A DNA stretch of 64,000 nucleotides from Ilumatobacteraceae bacterium (lineage in GTDB: Bacteria > Actinomycetota > Acidimicrobiia > Acidimicrobiales > Ilumatobacteraceae): NCBI GenBank assembly GCA_050248155.1, contig JBFWSW010000005.1:17578-81577 (forward strand). The letters are read 5' to 3'. Numbering within the stretch: position 1 is the first letter of the stretch; the number at the start of each line of letters is the position of its first letter. The notes below the pieces were generated by a model that saw only the letters and a list, made by a program, of their open reading frames with translations, was not told the origin of the DNA and did no database searches. The position numbers and the translations under genes were made by a program. Below are positions 27,920 through 36,372 of the stretch, in pieces.

Positions 27920-29263
27920 TCAGCCGAGCGGCGCGAGCGTGTCGTCCAGGAACCCGACGACGCGTCGCTCCCACTCGTCGGGATACCGTCGCGAGGCGTC
28001 GGTGTGGGACGCGTCCGGGGCGATCCACACGTCGACCCGATCTGGTGCCGACGCGCGGAACACGTCGGTTGCCGCGATCTCCGATTCTGACCTCCCGGCG
28101 GCGATCAAAAGGGCGCGCTGTCCGTCGAACGCAGCCAATGAGTCACGCAGCGGCGTGGGTGGGTCGGCTGCGGTCATGAGCGCTGCTGCGTTCCTGGAGA
28201 CCCAATCGACGTAGCGGACGACGAGCCCACCGACGCCTCGGGCGGGATCGCCCTCGTCGCGGGCGCCTCGAGCCGTCGCACCCTCGCTGACGACGGCGCG
28301 CAGGCGTCGGTCGACGCCGGCCGCGGCGATCGCCTGCTCGCCACCGACCGACATCCCGATCGCAGCGATTCGGCCATCGACGACGTCGGCGCGGGCGGCC
28401 AGGTAGTCGAGCCCGGCCGCCACGTCGATCTCGCCCCACCAACCCCACAACATCGCGTCACCGTCACTGTCGCCCTGGCCGCGGGCGTTCAGCAGGAGCA
28501 CCCCGTACCCATGCCGGGCGAGCACGGCCGCGATGTCGACCTCGTGTTCGCCGATGCCCGAGATCCCGCCGAGCACGATGATCGCCGCACCGTTCGTCGA
28601 CGGGATGTACCGACCTTCGAGCCGAACGTGATCGGCGGTGAGCATGCTGACATCGCTGGAGCGCAGTCCTCGATCAGCCGGGGTCACGGTGACGGGATCG
28701 AACGGTGGGGCGTTGGTGACGAACACGGCGAGGGTGACCGGGGCGAACACCAGGACCAGGATCGCCAGCCCGATCGGGACCGCCGACAACTTCCACCACC
28801 GGTGAGCGGCTCTGATCAGGCCCCAGGAACTGACCGACGCGAGCACGACGCCGCCCACCAAGGTGAGCGAACCGGCGATGGCCTCCGCCGACCAGGGTTT
28901 CTCGACGAGGTGGCTGACACCGATGCCGAGACCAGCGATCATCCCGGCCAGACCGAACGAGAGGGTCGGGACCATCTTCCCCCGGATTCCGAGACGCCGT
29001 CGGGCGACGAGGCAGCCGGCGCCGGCGACGAGCACGACCACGGCGCGCACGACCGGCCACGGCGCCGGGCCGTCGACGCCCACGAGCACGGCGAACAGGA
29101 GGCTCGTCGACGCCACCACGACGTCCGTCGCCGTCGTTGGCAGCTGCGTCAGTTCGGGATGATGACGTCCACGTGTCGACGGGTCGCTCGGAGCGGGCTC
29201 GTCGACGACGTGTGGCATGTCCCCATCATCGTCTGCCCAGGGATGCCGGACATCAGGGTGCAA
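27920..29263 (-). CDS. Membrane-anchored alpha/beta hydrolase
   Basis: Several N-terminal TM helices are followed by a hydrolase fold with the nucleophile elbow GMSVGG. Confidence 0.7.
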   Translation of the reverse strand: MHPDVRHPWADDDGDMPHVVDEPAPSDPSTRGRHHPELTQLPTTATDVVVASTSLLFAVLVGVDGPAPWPVVRAVVVLVAGAGCLVARRRLGIRGKMVPTLSFGLAGMIAGLGIGVSHLVEKPWSAEAIAGSLTLVGGVVLASVSSWGLIRAAHRWWKLSAVPIGLAILVLVFAPVTLAVFVTNAPPFDPVTVTPADRGLRSSDVSMLTADHVRLEGRYIPSTNGAAIIVLGGISGIGEHEVDIAAVLARHGYGVLLLNARGQGDSDGDAMLWGWWGEIDVAAGLDYLAARADVVDGRIAAIGMSVGGEQAIAAAGVDRRLRAVVSEGATARGARDEGDPARGVGGLVVRYVDWVSRNAAALMTAADPPTPLRDSLAAFDGQRALLIAAGRSESEIAATDVFRASAPDRVDVWIAPDASHTDASRRYPDEWERRVVGFLDDTLAPLG

Positions 29264-29309
29264 CCCTGATGTCCGATGCGCGTGTCGGCGTCGTCGCCGG
29301 CGGCGCGAC

Positions 29310-32300
29310 TCAGCTGCAGCCGCTGGTGCTGCCGCAGCTCGGGCAGGCGTGGCACGAGCCGGCGCGGATCATCTGCACGCCGCACTGCATGCACATCGGC
29401 GCGTCGGACTGGCGCGGGCGGGTCGCCCCACTCGGGTTGGTGACGTCGTTGTTCGGAGCGTCGGGCGCGACACCGAGGTCGAGCTGGGTCTGCAGCTCGG
29501 ACACGGACGGCACCGACTTCGGATCGGGCGCCAGCTCGGATCCGTTCGAGGTCTCGACCACGCTCTCCTCGACGCCGGGCAGCGTGGGCTGCAGGCGCTC
29601 GTTCACCGAGAAGATGCCGAGCTCGGCGCGCTCGTCGTAGGTCATGTACTCGAGCGCCAGGCGCCGGAACAGGTAGTCCATGATCGACGAGGCGAAGCGG
29701 ATGTCGGGATCGTCGGTCATGCCGGCCGGTTCGAAGCGCATGTTGGTGAACGCCTCGACGAACGCTCGCAGCGGCACGCCGTACTGGAGGCCGTAGCTGA
29801 TGCTCTTGGCGAAGGCGTCCATGATGCCGCTGAGCGTCGAGCCCTGCTTCGACACGGTGAGGAAGATCTCGCCCGGTCGCCCGTCGGCGTACTCGCCGAT
29901 GTTGGCGAAGCCCTTGCAGTCGGCCACCCGGAACTCGAAGGTGCGCGCCCGCCGGGTGCGCGGCAGCTTCTGACGCACCGGCTGGTGGACGATCTTCTCG
30001 ACGATCTTCTCGATCACCTGCGTCGCGGCCTGCTCGGGCGCGTCGGCCGCGCCGTCCTTCTTGGCCGTGCTGAGCGGCTGGGCGACCTTGCAGTTGTCGC
30101 GGTAGATCGCCACGGCCTTCAGGCCGAGCTCCCAGCTCAGCTGGTGCAGTGCCTCGACGTCTTCGACCGAGGCCTCTTCGGGCATGTTGACCGTCTTGGA
30201 GATCGCACCCGACAGGAACGGCTGCGTCGCGCCCATCATGCGCACGTGGCCCTCGTAGTGGATGGTGTTGTCGCCCATCGAGCAGGCGAACACCGCGATG
30301 TGCTCGGGCGCGAGGTGCGGCGCGCCGAGGATGGACTTCTCGGCGTCGATGTAGGCGACGATCTCGTCGACCTGCTGGGGCGTGTAGCCCAATCGGCGCA
30401 GCGCCCTCGGGATGGTCTGGTTGACGATGACCATCGTGCCTCCGCCCACCAGCTTCTTCATCTTGCACAGCCCGAGGTCGGGCTCGATGCCGGTGGTGTC
30501 ACAGTCCATCATCAGGCCGATGGTGTTGTGGCTGACGAAGCCGTTGGCGACATAGGTGACGTTGGCCGGAACGGACAGGTCGTAGGTGAGCTCCTCGTCC
30601 CCCAGCTCGGCGGTGGCCACTTCGTCGACGAAGAACCCCATCAGGTGGGCGAGCTCTGCATCGGCCGAGGCGGCGAGCAACTGCTCGGCGAGCCGGCGCG
30701 TGATCGTGCCTGAGCGGCGGTGCTCCATGAGGGCGACCGTGCGGTCGCGACCAGCGAGCGGCGCCACCCGATCGATGAGCTCGCGGCTGACCGGGATGTG
30801 ATCGTGCCGAGCCGACTGCGCGATGTCGCGCACGTCGACCTTGGCCCACTTGCGTTGCGAGATGAAGCCGATGTCGTCGAGCCACGCCTGGTTGCACGCA
30901 CGGTTCAACAGCCGGACGACGTGGAGCTGAGACCCGCGACCGCTCGTGCCCTGCGACCGGGTCGTGACGAAGCCGAGCGCGAGCAGCAGCGTCTGGACCT
31001 CGGCCGCGAACCCCTTCAACGTGGTGGTCCACGACGGGTAGCCGCTGACCACCGTACCGTCCGCCTCGAACAGGCCGCGAACGAAGGCTCGGTACACACC
31101 GGCGTCGTTGGTGTGCAGCACGGCGTCGGGGATGTGCGGCACGTACCCCTTGCCACTGTGACCCTCACGCGGCAGTCGCTTGGCGAAGCCCGACGCGGCC
31201 CACCACTCGGCCAACCGAACGGAGTGGAAGGCGACCTCGATGTAGCCGCCCTTGGCCGCCACCGCTGCGGTCAGACCGAACAGCTCCTTGCCGAGCCACT
31301 CGAGGTGGGCGACGACGTCGAGATCGTTCGCGTCGACGCAGAACCGCAGCCCGCGAGCGTGCAGCGAACCGTCGCCCATGAAGTAGCCGATCAGCTCGGC
31401 GAGGTCGGCGTCCATGGTGCGCGGCACGCTGACGTGGTGCTCGCCTGCCCACGCCATCTGCTCGGCGAGTGGCGGGAGCACGACCTCGTTCGGTGAGCCG
31501 ACGAGGCCGCCGAGCCGCATCGGCACCCGATCGCCGGCGCGGAGGTCGGCGAAGCGGCGCCACACCCACTGGCCCGACTCGTCGATGACCTTGATGCGGT
31601 GCTTCGTGGTGCCCTGGATCTGGTACCCACGAGCCGTCGTGACATCGACGACCTGCTCGAGACCGTTGACGTAGAACTTGGTGGCATCCCGCTCGCCCTC
31701 GTCGGTCTGGACCTTGAACGAGACGTCCTGCCACTGCGCACCGTCGGGATCGCCGAGCGTCGCCAGCCGGACCAATCCCTTCGACGTCATGACGAGCGAG
31801 CCACCGACGAGGCAGCCCGTGGGAGCCAACACCGAAGCCTGGCTGTTGCGCACGCCGTACTCCTCGCCGTCGCGCACCGCGGCTTCCCACGCCTCCTGCC
31901 CTGCCCGAACCAGGGCCTCGGGAACGGCGTCGGCGCCCTCGATCGCATATGACGCGTCGCGGTGCATGCGCAGCACGTTGAGCATGTGCACCTCGTTGTC
32001 GGCGAAGCCGGCGAAGGGACCCATGCGGCTGGCGGTGCGCGCGCTGGTGGCGTACGCATGCCCGGTCATGAGCGACGTGAGCGCTGCTGCCCATGCACGC
32101 CCCTCGACCGAGTCGTAGGGCAGACCGAGCGCCATGAGCAGCGCGCCGAGGTTCGCGTAGCCGATGCCGAGCTGACGGAACTTGCGGCTGGTCGCGGCGA
32201 TCGGCTCGGTCGGGTAGTCGGCCCGGCCGACGAGGATCTCCTGCGCGGTGAAGATCGTCTCGACGGTGTGCATGTAGGCCTCGATGTCGAAGCTGTCCTC

Positions 32301-34646
32301 GCCGACCGAGTCGAGGTCGAGGAACTTCAACAGGTTGATCGACGCGAGGTTGCACGCCGAGTTGTCGAGGTGCATGTACTCGCTGCAGTTGCGCACCACG
32401 ACGCCGTTCGCGACGTAGCTGTGGTTGCGCGGCTCGCTGAGGTTGTAGGTGAGCTCGACGCCGTCGTCGGTACGTGAGACCAGCCGGGTGGTGCTCTGGT
32501 GCTTGGCGTAGAACCGATGCTCGGCGAGGAGGTTTGCCAGCTTGTCGCGCTTGGAGCCGACGGTGAAGCCGACGACATCGGCGAACCGCCGGATCGAGCC
32601 GGCGGAGATGCGCAGGTCGAACATCGGGCCGGCGCTGTACGTCTGCTCGTCGCCCGCCACCGTCGTGTACGGGAACACGCCGCCGACCGAGGACGTGCGG
32701 GTGGCGTAGATCGAGCTGGAGATGCCGAGCGTGGTGAGCAGTCGCTGTGCGCCCTGCAGGAGCCGCTTGGAGGCCGAGCCGAGACCGACGTATCGGCTCT
32801 TGACACCGTCGTACACACAGCCGTCGGCGTCGAACAACCCGCGCAGGAACGCTGCGACGACCTCGCTCGGCGCCTCGTTGATCGCCCACGGGACGACCTT
32901 CTCGGCAGCCCGCGAGTCGCTGACCCCGAGCGCACAGAGCTGGGCAGCGAAGGCCCGACGCCCGGATCGCAGCTGCACCGTGCCGTTGGCTTGCACCGAC
33001 GGCTTGGGCACCGAGCCGCCGATGTCGGTCAGCAGGAGGCGATGCGCCGGCATCACGTCGTCGCGGTCGTCGGCGTTGCCGTACACGGTCGTCACCATGT
33101 CGCCGCTGATCGCTCCGTCACCGACGAGCCAGCCGAGATAGTGCCCCAGCTCCTCGGTCCACTTCTCCGGCAAGGCCAATGATGTCGCGAGGCGGCGGTC
33201 GCCGGCGACGAGCGACGCTGCATCGGAGGCCACCGGGAGCGCCCACGACGCGTGGACGGCCGGCGTCGCGTGGTTCAAGATGCGGACGTCGTCGTCCGGC
33301 GTCAGGTTCTCGGCCTCGACGTACCCACGATTCGCGGTGAAGATGCGGTGGCCGGCGGTGCAGCGCAGCTCCATCCCGTTGGAGAACTCCAACCGGACGA
33401 TCTCGTTCACGCCGGTGACCATGATCGCCTCGGGGCTGGTGACCTCGACTCGGTCGGCTGGCGCGTCGGGGCTCGTGACGTCGTGGGTGTACACGCCGAA
33501 GGACTCGCCCTGGCGCGCCCGATCGAGCAGGTCGACGAACGACACGAGGCCCTTGTCGGTGTGGACGAGGGTGTCACCGGTGAAGCATGGGTTGGATCCG
33601 TTGATGCGACCGGTCGTGTGCGCGGTGTGCCACTTGTTGATGGTGGTGTCGAACTGGAGGCCCGGGTCGGCGCACTCCCACGAAGCCTGGGCGATCTGGC
33701 GCCACAGATCGCGAGCGCGCACGGTGCGGATGACCGAGCCGTCGAGCACGGCTCGGTAGTGCCAGTCGGCGTCGTCGACCACCGCTTGCATGAACTCGTC
33801 GGTGACGCGGACCGAGTTGTTCGCGTTCTGGTACTGGATGCTGAAGCTGTCGGCGCCGTCGAGGTCCATGTCGAACCCGGCGTCGCGCAGCACGCGAGCC
33901 TTGCGCTCCTCTTTCACCTTGCACCAGATGAACTCTTCGATGTCGGGGTGGTCGGCGTTGAGGATGACCATCTTGGCGGCGCGACGCGTCTTGCCGCCGC
34001 TCTTGATCGTGCCGGCCGACGCGTCGGCGCCGCGCATGAAGCTGACCGGCCCGCTGGCCGTGCCACCGCCGTTCAACAGCTCGTAGCTGGAGCGGATCTT
34101 CGACAGGTTGATGCCCGAGCCCGACCCGCCCTTGAAGATGACGCCCTCTTCCCGGTACCAGTTGAGGATGCCGTCCATCGTGTCGTCGACGGAGAGGATG
34201 AAGCACGCGCTCGCCTGCTGCGGCACGCCCTTCACGCCGATGTTGAACCACACCGGGCTGTTGAACGCGGCGCGCTGGGTGATGAGGATGTACTTGAGCT
34301 CGTCGCTGAAGGTTTCGGCCTCGGCCTCGTCGACGAAGTAGCCGCCCTCGCGACCCCACTCGGTGATCGTGTCGACCACGCGATCGACGACCTGGCGCAA
34401 CGACGACTCGCGCTCGGGTGTGCCCTGCGTGCCGCGGAAGTACTTCTGCGCCACGATGTTGGTGGCGTTCAGCGACCAGCCGACCGGGAACTCGACCCCG
34501 AGCTGCTCGAAGGCGACCGAACCGTCCTTCCAGTTCGTGATCCTGGCGTCGCGCCGCTCCCATGCCACCTGGTCGTACGGGTGTTGGCCCGGCGTCGTGA
34601 AGTGCCGCTCGAGGCCGATGGAGAGACGTTCGGGCGCCAGGGACAT
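29310..34646 (-). CDS. nrdJ: Class II (adenosylcobalamin-dependent) ribonucleotide reductase, interrupted by two inteins
   Basis: ATG 34646 (MSLAPERLS) is preceded by AGGAG. Extein blocks are FILSVDDTMDGI, GGSGSGINLS, GSNP|CSEYMHLDNSACNLASINL and LAPTG|TIGLMMDCDTTGIEPD. A C-terminal Cys-rich tail is present. The exteins sum to 948 aa. Confidence 0.95.
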   Translation of the reverse strand: MSLAPERLSIGLERHFTTPGQHPYDQVAWERRDARITNWKDGSVAFEQLGVEFPVGWSLNATNIVAQKYFRGTQGTPERESSLRQVVDRVVDTITEWGREGGYFVDEAEAETFSDELKYILITQRAAFNSPVWFNIGVKGVPQQASACFILSVDDTMDGILNWYREEGVIFKGGSGSGINLSKIRSSYELLNGGGTASGPVSFMRGADASAGTIKSGGKTRRAAKMVILNADHPDIEEFIWCKVKEERKARVLRDAGFDMDLDGADSFSIQYQNANNSVRVTDEFMQAVVDDADWHYRAVLDGSVIRTVRARDLWRQIAQASWECADPGLQFDTTINKWHTAHTTGRINGSNPCFTGDTLVHTDKGLVSFVDLLDRARQGESFGVYTHDVTSPDAPADRVEVTSPEAIMVTGVNEIVRLEFSNGMELRCTAGHRIFTANRGYVEAENLTPDDDVRILNHATPAVHASWALPVASDAASLVAGDRRLATSLALPEKWTEELGHYLGWLVGDGAISGDMVTTVYGNADDRDDVMPAHRLLLTDIGGSVPKPSVQANGTVQLRSGRRAFAAQLCALGVSDSRAAEKVVPWAINEAPSEVVAAFLRGLFDADGCVYDGVKSRYVGLGSASKRLLQGAQRLLTTLGISSSIYATRTSSVGGVFPYTTVAGDEQTYSAGPMFDLRISAGSIRRFADVVGFTVGSKRDKLANLLAEHRFYAKHQSTTRLVSRTDDGVELTYNLSEPRNHSYVANGVVVRNCSEYMHLDNSACNLASINLLKFLDLDSVGEDSFDIEAYMHTVETIFTAQEILVGRADYPTEPIAATSRKFRQLGIGYANLGALLMALGLPYDSVEGRAWAAALTSLMTGHAYATSARTASRMGPFAGFADNEVHMLNVLRMHRDASYAIEGADAVPEALVRAGQEAWEAAVRDGEEYGVRNSQASVLAPTGCLVGGSLVMTSKGLVRLATLGDPDGAQWQDVSFKVQTDEGERDATKFYVNGLEQVVDVTTARGYQIQGTTKHRIKVIDESGQWVWRRFADLRAGDRVPMRLGGLVGSPNEVVLPPLAEQMAWAGEHHVSVPRTMDADLAELIGYFMGDGSLHARGLRFCVDANDLDVVAHLEWLGKELFGLTAAVAAKGGYIEVAFHSVRLAEWWAASGFAKRLPREGHSGKGYVPHIPDAVLHTNDAGVYRAFVRGLFEADGTVVSGYPSWTTTLKGFAAEVQTLLLALGFVTTRSQGTSGRGSQLHVVRLLNRACNQAWLDDIGFISQRKWAKVDVRDIAQSARHDHIPVSRELIDRVAPLAGRDRTVALMEHRRSGTITRRLAEQLLAASADAELAHLMGFFVDEVATAELGDEELTYDLSVPANVTYVANGFVSHNTIGLMMDCDTTGIEPDLGLCKMKKLVGGGTMVIVNQTIPRALRRLGYTPQQVDEIVAYIDAEKSILGAPHLAPEHIAVFACSMGDNTIHYEGHVRMMGATQPFLSGAISKTVNMPEEASVEDVEALHQLSWELGLKAVAIYRDNCKVAQPLSTAKKDGAADAPEQAATQVIEKIVEKIVHQPVRQKLPRTRRARTFEFRVADCKGFANIGEYADGRPGEIFLTVSKQGSTLSGIMDAFAKSISYGLQYGVPLRAFVEAFTNMRFEPAGMTDDPDIRFASSIMDYLFRRLALEYMTYDERAELGIFSVNERLQPTLPGVEESVVETSNGSELAPDPKSVPSVSELQTQLDLGVAPDAPNNDVTNPSGATRPRQSDAPMCMQCGVQMIRAGSCHACPSCGSTSGCS
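30525..31814 (-). mobile_element. NrdJ intein 2 (430 aa, LAGLIDADG endonuclease domain)
   Basis: Starts CLVGGSLV after LAPTG and has block B TTKH. The LAGLIDADG motifs are LIGYFMGDGSL and VRGLFEADGTV. It ends FVSHN and is followed by +1 Thr (TIGLMMDC). Confidence 0.9.
32388..33587 (-). mobile_element. NrdJ intein 1 (400 aa, LAGLIDADG endonuclease domain)
   Basis: Starts CFTGDTLV after GSNP and has block B TAGH. The LAGLIDADG motifs are LGWLVGDGAI and LRGLFDADGCV. It ends VVVRN and is followed by +1 Cys of the NPCSE motif. Confidence 0.9.
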
Positions 34647-34725
34647 GAGGACTCCTAGAGTGGTTCGGCGAGTGATGCGGGCGGCTTGCGAGGTGTGCGG
34701 CCAGGCTCTCGACCGCGGAATCAGA

Positions 34726-34784
34726 ACCACAAGATGTGGTGGCAGGCCGACCCCCGAACCGGCGAGCACCACAACATGTGAGGT
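34726..34784. promoter_or_regulatory. Two CCACAA-N2/3-TGTG palindromes in the nrdJ leader
   Basis: ACCACAAGATGTGGT lies at 34726-34740 and ACCACAACATGTGAGGT at 34768-34784. These are candidate operators (NrdR?). Confidence 0.45.
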
Positions 34785-34798
34785 GTTGAGGGCTATGA

Positions 34799-34828
34799 AA
34801 ATTACAGCAATGTAATTACACCTGTCAA
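34799..34828 (-). promoter_or_regulatory. Putative nrdJ promoter: TTGACA - 18 nt - TAATTT
   Basis: The minus strand reads TTGACAggtgtaattacattgctgTAATTT. This is the only AT-rich patch in the region, about 150 nt upstream of the ATG. Confidence 0.55.
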
Positions 34829-34853
34829 CGATCGGCGCGGGCTTTTTGTTCCT

Positions 34854-34878
34854 GGGCGCTCCGTGCTTCGGAGCGCCC
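34854..34878. other. Perfect 10-bp stem / 5-nt loop hairpin GGGCGCTCCG-tgctt-CGGAGCGCCC
   Basis: Read directly. It lies just upstream of the nrdJ -35 element and has no U-tract on either strand. Confidence 0.6.
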
Positions 34879-35125
34879 GACAGCGGGCGAGCGGCTGCCC
34901 GGTCGCAGGTAGGAGGACCTTGCCCCACAACGTGTCCGATCCTTGGCCCGATCACCCGATCGACGTTGACCATCCGCGCCGTGCACCGCTGCCCGCTGCA
35001 GCCGCCGACAGTAGGACCACCGTCCTGTGGGGAGAAAGAGGGACAAGGCTGTGAATTTCGCTGTGGAGGACCGCCACAACCTGTGGGCGACGCGCGGCGC
35101 ACCGGCGATGACATGATCGTCGGTC

Positions 35126-35785
35126 ATGCGCCGGCTGCATCCCCACCCAGTGGAGCGAATCGGGGTCCTCGAGGCCTACGACGTCGATCGGCCGCGCCCG
35201 ACGAGCCGTCCCTGGCTCGAGCTGTGCATGGTCGCGAGCGTCGACGGGTCGACCGTCATCGACCACCGATCGGGTGCACTGTCGAGCGACGCCGATCGAG
35301 AGGTGCTCTCCACCCTGCGCTCGCTCGCCGATGTCATCATCGTCGGCGCCGGCACCGTCCGCGCCGAAGGATACGGACCTCCACGCAAGGCCGGTCAACG
35401 CATCGGCGTCGTGTCCCGGCGCGGCGACGTCGACCTCACGACCCCACTGTTCACGAGCGGTGCAGGGTTTCTGATCGTCCCTCGTTCGGCACCCCCGCTG
35501 GCAGTCGACACCGTGCGTGCAGGCGAGCACGACGTCGACCTCGTCGAAGCCCTCGCCCAACTCGACGCCGACTTCGTGCACGCCGAGGGAGGCCCGTCGC
35601 TCAACGCGGCGCTCGCCGAGGCCGACGTGATCGACGAGCTCAACCTCACGATCAGCCCGCTGCTCGCAGGAGGGACCGGGCCGCGCGTCACGGCGGGGGC
35701 CGCCCAGTTCGTCCGCTCGCTCGAGCTCGCCCACGTGCTCGAGGACGCGAGCTTCTTGTTCACGCGCTACGTGCGTCGTCGCTAG
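35126..35785 (+). CDS. RibD C-terminal domain / dihydrofolate-reductase-like pyrimidine reductase family protein
   Basis: 219 aa, containing CMVASVDGS ... ADVIIVGAGTVRAEGYG ... LTISPLLAGG. Confidence 0.7.
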   Translation: MRRLHPHPVERIGVLEAYDVDRPRPTSRPWLELCMVASVDGSTVIDHRSGALSSDADREVLSTLRSLADVIIVGAGTVRAEGYGPPRKAGQRIGVVSRRGDVDLTTPLFTSGAGFLIVPRSAPPLAVDTVRAGEHDVDLVEALAQLDADFVHAEGGPSLNAALAEADVIDELNLTISPLLAGGTGPRVTAGAAQFVRSLELAHVLEDASFLFTRYVRRR

Positions 35786-36339
35786 CGAGCCTCGACGTCG
35801 GTGCTCTCTCCAGTCGCGCCCTCGCGACGGCGGTGGCGTACCACATCGGGCCGATCGGCCGACCACGACAACGTGTCCCAGGCGTCGTCACGAACCTGCT
35901 GCCACGCAGCCTCGGCGACCAGCAGCTCGAACATCGGCGACCCGGCGAGCGGTTCCGGATCGAGGTCGTGCGCCGCGCAGAACGCGCGCAGCGTCCGGTC
36001 GGCCGACTCGGGATCGAGCTGATCGAGGCGACCCACCAGCTTGCCCTCCCCCGCCAGATCGTTCCGGTCGGCGATCGGCGCCAGCAACGAGACTCGCGGG
36101 TCGCGCAGCACGTCGGCGTGCTTGCGCGATCCGGGCATCATGCCCATGTACAGCCGACCCTCCACGAACGACACCTCGATCGGGCTGACCCGGGGCCACC
36201 CGTCGAGCCGGGTCGTGCCGAGGATCCCCAACCCGGCAGCGGTCAGCCGCTCGGAGATGGGTCCGGCGACGGCGGGAGCAGCGGCGAGGAACTGATCAAA
36301 GGTCAACATGCCACCATCGTGCCGATCGGTCACTGACAC
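35782..36339 (-). CDS. Pyridoxamine 5'-phosphate oxidase family protein
   Basis: 185 aa, containing GILGTTRLDGWPRVSPIEVSFVEGRLYMGMMPGSRK. The start is possibly MLTFDQF at 36309. Confidence 0.65.
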   Translation of the reverse strand: MSVTDRHDGGMLTFDQFLAAAPAVAGPISERLTAAGLGILGTTRLDGWPRVSPIEVSFVEGRLYMGMMPGSRKHADVLRDPRVSLLAPIADRNDLAGEGKLVGRLDQLDPESADRTLRAFCAAHDLDPEPLAGSPMFELLVAEAAWQQVRDDAWDTLSWSADRPDVVRHRRREGATGESTDVEAR

Positions 36340-36343
36340 CTTC

Positions 36344-36365
36344 TGTCAGCCACCTCGGATACCGT
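36344..36365 (+). promoter_or_regulatory. RecA-NDp-like promoter motif TGTCA-N11-TACCGT ahead of the WYL regulator (predicts a leaderless mRNA)
   Basis: TGTCAgccacctcggaTACCGT ends 7 nt before GTG 36373. Confidence 0.45.
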
Positions 36366-36372
36366 TCCGGAG

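Noticed and set aside
34726-34784. Canonical NrdR boxes
   Set aside because: The arm spacing (CAC-N5-GTG) is shorter than the 16-bp NrdR box as I remember it. The sites are reported as candidate operators only, not as confirmed NrdR boxes.
34854-34878. Intrinsic terminator
   Set aside because: The hairpin is strong, but no U-tract follows it on either strand and no upstream gene ends here. It is kept only as an unexplained structure.
34880-34920. Cobalamin riboswitch (GCTGCCCGGTCGCAGGTAGGAGGACCTTGCC resembles the GCUGCCC ... B12-box region)
   Set aside because: It lies on the strand opposite to nrdJ. The upstream core elements (GGGAA, GGUGAAAUCC-type) are absent, and the B12-box match needs insertions. 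The resemblance is most likely due to GC-rich sequence composition.
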